Source: Moniliella sp. 'wahieum'
Lineage: Eukaryota
Assembly (NCBI GenBank): GCA_003971905.1
Contig: RSEE01000159.1
Location: 62,001 to 95,998 of the forward strand
Length of the DNA: 33,998 nucleotides
Direction of reading: 5' to 3'
Positions 22,587 to 33,059 of this stretch are shown here, piece by piece. Under the pieces are notes generated by a model. The model did no database searches, was not told the DNA's origin, and saw only the letters and a program-made list of their open reading frames with translations. The translations under genes and the position numbers were made by a program. How positions within the stretch are numbered: position 1 is the first letter of the stretch; the number at the start of each line of letters is the position of its first letter.

Positions 22587-23673
22587 GGAGGAAGAGAAGA
22601 CGAGGGGGACACGGGGCAGCTGAGCGGAGGCGGGGGGCTACAGGCCAGACCAGAGGAGACGGGGCAGAGACAATAGCAAAATCGCATACATCCCTCGTCC
22701 GGGGGGATGGTCGGGGCGGCGGCGGTGGAGGCGGAGGACGGGTCTTCAAGGCGCCCGAGGGCTTCCCAGCATGGCGGTTGGGCGGCGCGTGTGTTCCGCA
22801 CCTCCGGCTGACGTCATTCCGCCGGGCGGGGGTGGTGGCGCCATGCGAGGCGAGGCCACGTCGCCGTTCCCCGACCCGACGGATGACTGTGGCGGAGGCA
22901 TGGCTGATCGCTACTCGCTGTGTGGCCGCAGCGCCCGGGCGGCTGCTCGGAACACCCACACAAGGCTTCTCTGCCCAGTCCATCATCCATCGCACGCTGC
23001 GGGCAGCCCCGGGCGCCAAGGCAGCTACTAGCCGCCAGCAGTCACCTAGTCCCCCACACACTCATCCTCACGTGAGTAGTCAGCTACAGCGCGCTAGCCC
23101 AGGCTAGCCCCCTAGTCAGCCTAGTCAGCGCTGGGCTCAGCGCACTCTCAGTGATGAGATTCATCATGCATCATCCATCCATTATCCGCCTGACTGGGGC
23201 TGGGCGCTGAGGGGCTGAGCGCTCGCTCAGTTGAGCCTCAGCCGTGAGGGCCTCGGCGGCTCAGCTAGCGAGGAGCTTCCTCCGCCCCTCCTCCTGCCTA
23301 GCCAGTCGCTCCGTCCATGCAACCTCGCTGTCAACGTGTCAACGCTGAGGTCAACGTTGAGTAGTGTTAGTGTGTTGTCAACTGCTTCTTTACCCCACGC
23401 GCTGCAGTCCAAGCGCCAAGATCAGTAACCTAGTAACTCCACTCTAGTGACTTTTAGGAGTGATCGGATGATCGATGACGGTTATCCCACACGACACGTG
23501 TCATCACATGCCACATCACATCCGCCGCTTGACAGCTCTGCGCCATCGGAAAATGGTTCGGCGCATGGGAATTCGCTAAGTGTGCATTACATAAGCAGAC
23601 ACGCACTTGATTCCGTCGGCCACTGGCTGCGATTTTCGTCGCCACCGGCTCTGGACCCCTCCATCAGCCCAGG

Positions 23674-24608
23674 ATGTACAACGGCATTGGCCTCCGCACC
23701 GCCCGGGGCTCTGCTACCAATGGCCACATCCAATCCAACCTAGCCGCCCCACGTCCCCCGCGCATTCACCACTCCGGTGCGCGCGAAGTGAGCGCGCGCT
23801 GCCCGAGCGCGCACCAGATCCCGCACTGCTGGCCCACGAAGAGCGGCGACAAATCGAAGTGCGGTGCATGGAGTTACGCATGCAACTTGAGGAGGAAGAC
23901 GTGCCCGACGATCAGATCGAACAGCGCGTTGCTTCGCTGCGCGAAGAGCTTCAATCGGCCCCAAGGGAGTACGATCCGAGCGAAGCCAAGGGCCTGCGAT
24001 CCTCGGACGTGCACCGTCTCGCCGCTGCCAAGGACAAGGAGATGCACGCTTTGCGTCCGCCTTGCGTATGCGCGATGACTACGTCCTGGCGAGGCCTTTG
24101 AGGACGACTACCGGGACCGACAGCGCGCTCGTCGCCAGGAGGAAAAGGAGACGCGTCATCGCGAATGGGAGGAACGTCAACGGGCCCGTCAAGCGGCCCA
24201 GAAGCTTCGGGACGAAGAGTACGAAGCACGCATGGCTCAGCGCGCCGAGCAGGCGAACCGTCGCTCGGAACAGAGACTGGCACGAGAACGCCCAGAGGAG
24301 GCCATGTCCCACCTTGATGCCGAGCTGGACAAGATGGCGGCCGAACGGCGCGTGCGTCCCTCCCTCAGTCTCGATCGCCATCTCGTTCGCGCTCCGTCTC
24401 GCGCTCTGCCTCGCGCTCTGCTTCACCCAGAGGACGGCGTGACTCCCATTCGGCTTCGCCTCCAAGGAGGTCTGGTTACCGCTCCCACTCTCGGTCAGAG
24501 TCGTACGACTCCCGGTCGCCATCGCCGCGGCGCTCCTACTCTCCCGTCGGTCCCCCTCTTATTCCCGCTCGCCGTCCTCGGCGGGACGGACGGTCGCGCC
24601 GGTATTGA
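23674..24608 (+). CDS. CWC21: Pre-mRNA splicing factor Cwc21 (SRm300 N-terminal homolog) with an RS-rich tail
   Basis: Signature N-terminus MYNGIGLRTARGSATNGHIQSNL. cwf21 domain LLAHEERRQIEVRCMELRMQLEEE...IEQRVASLREEL. C-terminal R/S-rich repeats. Several indels. Confidence 0.9.
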
Positions 24609-25148
24609 TTCTGGCTACGCATGTTATACGTGTTTTTCATCCCCTTGTGGATAGTGCCAAAGCAAGATCAATAGAAGGAGGAGAAAGAACGTGGAGGGGA
24701 ACAGGGAGAAGGTCAGATGTATTATTGCTTTGTGGAACCACAGTTGGTGTCTTCGTTCGGTTCGAGGTGGGGAGGGCGAAGGCTTGAATGCTGTTTAAGG
24801 GGGAAGAGTAGGTTAAAATGCAAGGGATGCGTACAAAGAACAAAACGAAGCAAGGCGGATTGGGCTGTATAACGGGACGATTGGATTGGAGCCGGCCTAC
24901 GTTTTAATGTGAACACGGACGGGGGATAGGTATGAGATCTGAGATAACGTTACCCAGTAACCGGTAACCGGATAACCGCACTATTACATTGAGGTTTGCG
25001 TGTAGCTTTGATCTTGTCAATTGCATCGACATCGATATCGCACAGTCATCATATCTGCGGTTCACTATATAGAGTAGTTTCCCGTAGGTTTCTTTGGATC
25101 CCGCTCGACTCGCGCTGGCGCTGGCTCAGGTTGGTGTGGTGTGGACAA

Positions 25149-25175
25149 CATGACATGCATGACATGCATGACATG
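25149..25175. repeat. (CATGACATG)3 tandem repeat
   Basis: Three perfect 9-bp units. Confidence 0.9.
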
Positions 25176-26013
25176 CACATGATGAACTACGTGAGGGCGT
25201 ATAGAAGGTGGTACTGTTGTGGGGGAAGCGTTTTCCATGTCATAGATTACCAATGCCGTTAATGCCGGGATGGGTGTCGGTGATCAATGATCGAATGATT
25301 GAAGCGATGCATGACACTAGTACTACTTGACGTACGTACGGGTGGCGGTCCAGCGCACAGTGACGGTTCAACGTTCAACGTCAGTTCAGACTCAAGTTCT
25401 GCGCTGAGCCGCTCTGCGCTCAGCATGCCTCTCCGCTTGGTAGAACTAGTAACTCGATTGTTTTCCTGTCTTGCACGCTGGACACCAAACAAACAAACTC
25501 ATATGTACCGCCGGTGGCCACCGTTCAGTTTCCAAGCTTGCATGGGGCGGGGCTGCACGGAACACAAGGGCATAGAATTCATGAAGTGCCCAGACGACAC
25601 TATTCTTCTTCGGCCGCCTTTCAGGTGTGATGCACATAATATGCGAGCACTGAGCTCTGCTGAGGGCTATACTCAGCGCCGAACGCATCGTTTGCATAGT
25701 TATAGATCATCGATCAGTAGTTCAGGCGTTTTCATAGCAGAGGGCCTGAGGTCTGATATCCCCTCTCAGCGCTGAGGCTCAGCGTTCAGCCTGTAAAACA
25801 CCTGAGAGAGGACGCCCGAAGAGGGTGTGGATCTGTGAGAACGTAGTGCCACAGCCGTCGGATACCACCGCCATATGACATGGACTACAGGATTGTCCGG
25901 GGAATGTATGGGGGAGGCTGAAGCAGTGCTTAGGCTTAGGCTGCTTGGCGCTTAACATGGTGGGTCTTTTGGTAGGAAATCTATACGACCTGGGGAGATT
26001 CGGAACGAGGTCA

Positions 26014-26136
26014 GAGATCTGAGATCTGAGAGTCTATTGTTGTGGACGCCACATAATTAAATGGCCCCTGGAGAGTTAAGCTTTAAGGTTCAAAACGTTC
26101 AACGAACAACGATTGCTCCTTCAGATCTCAGATCTC
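26014..26136. repeat. 16-bp perfect inverted repeat pair bracketing a ~91-bp spacer
   Basis: GAGATCTGAGATCTGA (26014-26029) is the reverse complement of TCAGATCTCAGATCTC (26121-26136). No obvious TSD. Confidence 0.85.
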
Positions 26137-26508
26137 AGAGCTTGAACGTCACGCATTGCACCCCTTACTCCCCCCGAGTATATACGCCTCTGCGTCTCTT
26201 GGACGCTTGGCGCTTTTGCTTTGATCCGGCCTTTCATTGGAATAGCGCGTGTAGCTACCAGTCGGTCGTTGGGACGTACCTGTGTGTACATACACCCCGC
26301 CCATCATCAAACTAGATTAATCAGAGCACGGCGGATCCCATCAGCGCATCAGCTGTCTGGATATGAGCCGTACTAAGAACTCAGTCACCCGTTAAGGCCT
26401 AAGGCCTAACGGCCTAACCCAACAGGCATACCCTACAGACCTCCGCCTCCTGATCAACACTCTCGCTTCGTCTCCCTCTCACTCATCTACCATCCACCAC
26501 CGCCCTCC

Positions 26509-29130
26509 ATGTCCTCTGTGCCCCATTGGGCCATGTCCGCCTCTTCCAGTGGCACGGGCGGCATGGACATCGCCATTCCCTCCTCGGCTCCAAGAGCAGC
26601 TTTACCCTTGCCTTATTTTCGCTCTAATTATCCGTCTCAGGGGTCGCACCAAGGACTGCACTCCCCCAGCCTAACCGTCAGGGGGAGGGGATCCGTCAGG
26701 AAAGTGCCGCCCTCTTCTCCTCCCCTCATCGACCCTCTGGTGACCTCACCTCTCTTCAACCCACCCCTCACTCCGTCGCCATCGCGGCTCTCGCGGGAGA
26801 TCTATCCACTGTCCGTTCCGCTCTTGCTTCAGGCATCTCCCCCAACCATTCTCATGGAGGAATCACTCTTTTGCATGCCGCCTCGGCCGCAGGGCACCAA
26901 GACGTGGTCTCCCTCCTTTTGGCTCATGGCGCCAACCCAACTCTGCCGCGGTGGAATCCGACACGTTCCGCTTCCTCCCCTCTTCCGTCATCTGGTGTGC
27001 CCGCGGTGCCCCAGGGTGCTACTGCCCTCCATTTAGCGGTGGCCAACTCACACCCCAAGGTGGTCAAATTGCTGCTCGAAGCAGGTGCCCGGCCAGATGC
27101 CCTTGACGCCAATGGTACCACCCACTCGAGTTGGCAAGAGAGGCTGCACGCGCCCTCCTCAACCAAAGCCACGAGCAATCTCTCCCACAAGGGAGGCACT
27201 CCCGTGCAAGAAGTCCATGATTGACTGTTCCGACGGCTTTGGTTCATCCTACTCTGTGATAGGCACCGATAATCCAACCCCTTCCTCCTCTTCCCTTGCT
27301 TCTTGCCGGAAAAAACTGAGCCCTGCGTCCTTGGAATGGAGCTATCCTCAGTCTTTTTCCGCCAAGGGAAGCGCCAACACGTATATTCTCACTCCCCATT
27401 CTCCTCCCCCAACCCCTCACCACCACCAAAGTCACACAATCCTGCCCTACTTCGATCCATGCTGCTCACATACCCTCGAGCCCAGTCACCCCACAATGGT
27501 CCATTCTCCCCCCTCATCGCCTTCTCTTCAAAATCCAGCGTTCCCTGGTTCTTTCCTTCGTTCTTCCGCTTTCCCCCGCCCAGTTCCCAAGACACATCAT
27601 CATGAACTGGACTCCTCCGGCGTGTCCACTCTCACCCATCGCTCTGGCCCTTCATCTCCTCCTCTCCCAACAGCAGTGTAGGCTGGGGGCCGCGCTACCC
27701 CGCTCTCGGTCAGGGGGGGCGATTCAACCGCGCCGACCGTCGCTACCGAGCATCACTGAACGGAAGGTCTCCATCTTGAAGGAGCCCCATTCGGCCTACA
27801 ACGTCGCCACCACATCCTGGCCTCGTGACGGGACAGACAGGCGGACAGTACAGTATCAGTACTAAGGACGAGTGGGAAGAGTTGGCGTCGCACTCGCCTC
27901 CCTCTCGCTCTTCCCCACCCCCAATCGTGGGTGGAGCATGGTACACCCCGTTGGCATGCCTGCCGGGCGATCGCCCTCTTCCGTTCCCAGGAAGCAGCAC
28001 ACTACTCTCGGAAGAGACGGGGTTCTCGACGAACCTCGCCAACGGTTTTGTCCCCTCCCCCATCGCCAGGCTCACCGGGTTTAGGATGCTTACTTCCCAT
28101 ACCTCTGAATCCTCTTTCGGCCTCGGCCCAAGCAGCAGCCATCCTCCAGCACAGCCCCACAGGGGAGACGCTAACGCACCAACTCGCGTCCTTGGGAAGC
28201 GTTGCAGCGGGAACGCAATTCTGGCCCAAAGGGGTTTTCTCCCCAAGACGGGGGAAGGCGATGGGCACCGCCTCTCGCCCCGGCCATGCGCTCGTCCTGG
28301 CGCGCTGCGCCACTCACCCTCTTCTTTTGCCACCCTCGTTCCGCCGGCATCAGGTCTCGCTGCTCGTCGGGGGCCATGGATCAGGCCCTGCCCCATTGCA
28401 CCCGCCCCCCTCGCTTTCTTCGGGGAGTTCCAAATGGAAAGGCAACCAATCCCCCTGGAAACCGGTTGGTCCTCCGGCACCCGATTCCACCGAGGAGACT
28501 GCCATTTTTGTCATCTCCGATGCCACCTCCCCGAATGCTGTGCCTGATGAACCCACGTCACTTGGCGCCGGGACGTGCCGAGCTTGCGTCCGCTGCCTAA
28601 TGTGATACCGATCGGGTCCGACGTCTCGTTCCTCGCCCGTATCGTCTTCCTACCCTTCCTGCATGCCAGAATTGGAGACGAGCGGCCCCAATCCCTGCCG
28701 GCCAGTCGTGCTACCCGTGACCATGCAGCCACTTCGTTCTGCGCCCGCTCAGTTCGCCGCACCATTTGGTAGGGGCGGCGCCAGCCGGTTCCGCCAGATG
28801 GAAGAAGGCGAGGGATCGATCTGGTCGCGTTCCTGGAGCGTGGGGGGCGAAGAAACGTCCTGTCTTCCGGGCCCGGCTCAGCCTACCCAACGCTTTCGTA
28901 CTGGCTCGATGGACGCTCTGCGTCCGCTGGCCAAGGCCTCCTTTCCCCTCCTCCGACGGTCCGAGTCAGCCACGCGGCCTTGGGAGGACGTGTGGACGTC
29001 CGAGGCGGATGAAGGTAGGTGCGCCACAAGTCCTGCTAAACCCTTCCGTTCCGCCTCGGCCTACCCCGTCATTCGACGGGTCAAGTCCGAGGCGCTCGGA
29101 GTGGTGCACAAGATGTTTGACAAGAAGTAG
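26509..29130 (+). CDS. Ankyrin-repeat protein with a long disordered Ser/Pro-rich C-terminus; many indels
   Basis: LLHAASAAGHQDVVSLLLAHGANP and GATALHLAVANSHPKVVKLLLEAGARPDALDANG ankyrin repeats. S/P-rich frames continue to MFDKK* at 29130. Confidence 0.75.
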
Positions 29131-29428
29131 CCCCCTTGCTCTCCCCTCCTGAACGTTGAATGTTGAAGCCTCTATTGTCACCTGTATGGCACCCCGTCGC
29201 CTTTCCTTCAGTGCCTATTGCTGTCCCCTCTCTTTGTCCCACCTACCTACAACACGATTCTTTACGCTCTTTCGCGCCTGCATATATCCCTGCCTCCCGT
29301 ACTGATCCCCCCCCCCGTGCACTAGTTACCCTCGTTACATGTTTCCCCACCCTCAATTTCATGGAAAAAAGGAAGACTACTCGGTCCCTACACTCTTCTT
29401 CCCCGCATCTCCTTCGGGCCAGGAAGGG

Positions 29429-32400
29429 TTAACGGGGCGTAAGTGTGGCTGGCAATCTGGACTGTAGCGGAGTCCAATGCGTGTGACCAACTGGGCCACC
29501 CGGCGCACCAAGGCCGAGGGCGGCGCGGCGCGGTTGCGTTCCACCTCGCGCTCCAGCGTAGCATAGGCATCTAACCGGTGAGGCAGCTCGGGCCCGCGCT
29601 CCAAAGTGATTCGCAGCCCCAGCACGTGCAGCTGGGACACAAGACAGCCCGCATGGGCGTACGCTGCACCAGGGGTCCGGGTTAGTATCTGATTCCCTCT
29701 AACCAAGAGGGAGTGGAGTGAAGGGATTGGAGCAGGGGGTACATACCTTCTGCCGCATGATCCAGATACTGAGTTGCCTGGTCCCAATGCGCTCGCGCCA
29801 TATCCTGCGCTGCCGACATGGATCCAGCGACACTGCTGGCCAACAGACCTAGTTCGACCTGGGCCAGATCGAGGTAGGCGCCAGCGCGTGTTTCCGGATT
29901 GGGGTCGATGCAGGCCAAAGCGGCGGCGGTGGGCCATTGTCGTACCACCCGCTGTGCCTGCGGGGCAAGGTGAGCAGCAGCCAAGGTACCCGCTGCCGAG
30001 AGCAAGATAGACCGTGCTTCCCTCCCATTCCCGTTCCCCCCCGCTTCGGATGCAGCAAGCGAGAGGGATGCCAGGTCGGCCAATCCGAGCGTGGCTACAT
30101 GTTGCCGTGCCCAGGGGATACCCTCGGCCAAGGCCGCGCCAAGGAGCTCGTCCTTTCTCGAGGACGGAGGCGGCAAGCCAGCCCAGACACGTGGGTTAGG
30201 CGCAAGTACATGGGGCGCAGGATCGAGGAGCCCTTGGTCCTGGAGGAAAGTAAGATCGCCCAGACGCTCGGCACGACGAGCCTGCAGGGCCAGGATGCCA
30301 CCTACACAGGCCAGCCAGCCGGGATAGGAAGGGTGAGTAGAGCGCGACGACCGTTGGATGCAACACTTGGCCTAGCGCAGAGGTATACTCCCCTCTCAGG
30401 GCCGTGCGACGCGCTGAGATAAGAAGCGCATCGAGGGGATGCAGTTTCGGCGGCTGCCCAGGTGACGCGGTACTGCTGGGATTCGGGGGGGCACCCAACG
30501 CACTGGCCAAGGCGGCGGAGGAAGGTCGGGAGAGGGAGGATGGGGTGCAGCGCCCAGGACCAAGGGGAAGGAAGACCGCCGCAAGGCATGGGCCAGGAGT
30601 ACATCGGATGCTGCAGTGTTCCCTACCACACCCCAGAGGTGAGCACGAAGTGCATCCGCTCGAACCGAAGTGCGGGCCACACTAGCCCGCGGCTCGAGGG
30701 GGCGAGCTTGGGCAGTGGTGGTGGTGGTAACGGGTACGATGGAGGACCCGATCCCGGCTCCGGAGACAGGATGGCCGTTGCCTGCGCCCCGGCTCCGAGA
30801 AGCACGAGGGCGATGGGTGGAGGCATAGACCGCATGGACCCGGGCCCCCCAGAGCAGCGACCGCTCTGCAGGAGCTGAAGCCATGACGGAGACAATGGGA
30901 CCAGGGGAGGGGTTCGCTCCCCCGCCCCGCAAGCTGCGTGGCCAGGTAAGGCTGGTAAGAGCGTTCAACGCCTGGACAGGGCCAAGGGTGCGGGTATAGA
31001 AGTAGCCGAGCGAGACATGCCAGAGCGTCTCGCCGGAAAAGGGTGTCAGAAGAGAGAAATCCACCCCTTCGGGGGGAAAGCGAGCGGGGAAGGCACGCTG
31101 GGCCTCCCCTTGCGTATCAGTGGGTTGTTTTGTCTTGGAGGTGGGGCGGGTGTTGAGAGCAGCACATCGAGAGAGGAGAGCAGCACATAGGGCCATCGCA
31201 TCCCGGTCCTGGGCCAAACGCGCGTGCGAAGAAGCCTCACGTGCCATCTTTGCTGCAACGCGGGCAACAGAGGAGACCTCTATTGGAACATAAGGCGAGG
31301 AAGTGGAGTCCTTTGGCCCTGACGAGAGCAATGGCGGAGGTGGGGATGAGAGCTGGAGCGCTGCCGACCCATCTGAGCATAGTGGTGCAGTTTCATGTTC
31401 TGATCCAGGTGGGACATAGTCAAAGAAGCTTCGTAATGCCTCGGGAGCGAGAGATCGGTCCCCGACCAAAGGGATTGCACAAAGCGATCTAACGCGTCAC
31501 TCGGGCTTCATACTCGCCCTCCTTCCGTGGATAGAAGGCCGCCAGCTCCTCGGCCCCTGGTTGGGCTAGGCGGTGCTGTGGGTAAGGCACCATTTCATTG
31601 GGGTAATGGGAGAGTCGCCATGGAGGTCCGTACCGTCAGAATTGTCGCGAGATAATTTCACGCGAAACAGGCGGGAGAGCAAGGCGAGCGGGACAGGGCG
31701 GGTAAAGGAGTAGAAGTCGACCAAGCTGGGTCGCTATGTACCCAACGGCGCCAGAGTTTCGTAACGACGAGCCTGCCCGCTCGGGAAGAAGGCTCCATCT
31801 GAGCCGTGCCCTGCGTATCTGGACTCCGAGGAAGCTCCGAGTATAGAACGGCATAGATGAAGGCACCACAGACGCAGAAGAGGGCGTGAGGCCATCCCTT
31901 CCTCCCAACGCAGACACAGGGGCAGGCCGAATGGCCGCGTTGAAATAGGTTGTGATCCATGCTGAGGACATACCGGGTTTGGGCATGTGGTGCTCCTCGG
32001 TTGTTGTGGTGGCGTGGTCAATCCCGCCTGTTCGATTGCGAGAGGTGGAGCTGGCGCTGGCGTCGCCCATGTCGAAGAAGAACGTGTTAAGGTCGCGTTG
32101 TGTTTGAGTGAGCCGATGCGAGCAGAAACTGGCGCCACAACCGCAGCAGTAGTCAAGGCTAGGGCCATTGTCACTATCTTGGCATCTGGCAAAGCCGGAC
32201 TGCTAGGCTCGGTTGAGGAAGCGGGGGCGGCAACCAGGAGGACACGAGCTGCATGGCACTTGCCCTTGGAGAGACTGGAGCCAGAGCACAGCATTTGTGT
32301 GGCAGATCCACTGCCGAGAAGTGGCGGACTGCAAAGAGCATGGCTGCTGCCAGTGCTTCCTGGACCAGGGAGCGAGAAATTGGGCGCTTGGGCCTCGCGT

Positions 32401-32691
32401 TGGCGGGGAGAGCAGAAGGGCCAGAGCCAGCTGGGGACGATGGGGGTTGGACATCGTCGAATGGGTGCCCGATGTCCGCTGTGGAAGGAGACTGGCTGGA
32501 TAAGGAGGAGTGGGTGGGACTGGAATGCGACGACTTGGGGCCATTTTGCTCGGCCACTGGACAGCCGCGTCGGCGGCGTCGGCGAGCCACACCGCGTTGG
32601 CCCCGACGGTGGCCACGTGCTGGAGGAGGGCAAACACGGCGATGCCATCGGGGGTGATGGCGCCGGGCTTGGCCGTGGCGGCGATGGACAT
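29429..32691 (-). CDS. APC5: Probable anaphase-promoting complex subunit 5 (TPR-like helical protein); many indels
   Basis: N-terminal ITPDGIAVFALL, SFLGVQIRRARL, GDRSLAPEALRSFFDY and VAAKMAREA..DRDAMALCAALL resemble Apc5 motifs as I recall them. Intron 29664-29746. Confidence 0.65.
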
Positions 32692-33059
32692 GGCGGGAGG
32701 CGGTGTGGTGGTGGATGTTGTTGCGGTCGGTGCGGTGCGCGGGGGAGCGCGTGGGTAGAAGTCACTCGGCTCCATATTCACCCCGGCAAACAGCAGCCCC
32801 CAGCGAGAAGAAGCGGAATGGGACACGCGCAGAGTGGGGGGAGTGTCCACGCCAGGCAGCCTCGCTATAAACGCTCCGCGCACCCTCCCCCCACCACCGC
32901 CACCACCACCGGCGCAGCGCATGGGATGGTGCTGGTGTGTATCCGGCGATACGAGCGAATGCTGGGCTGCTCTGGTGCTGACACAACCCGCTGTGTGATC
33001 TCAGGCGCCACAGGATGCGCTTGCCTTCCTCAACCAAGTCCAGCTAGCCTGGCAGCTCG

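Noticed and set aside
22153..23107. Long overlapping ORFs on both strands (302 and 310 aa), and similar antisense ORFs such as 31987-33132 and 7975-8916
   Set aside because: Arg/Gly/Pro-rich shadow ORFs are expected in GC-rich DNA opposite real genes, and these have no recognisable domains.
26391..26420. Telomeric repeat or telomerase RNA template (CCTAA-containing)
   Set aside because: The unit is GGCCTAA rather than CCCTAA, and it is explained by the TNA-palindrome chain.
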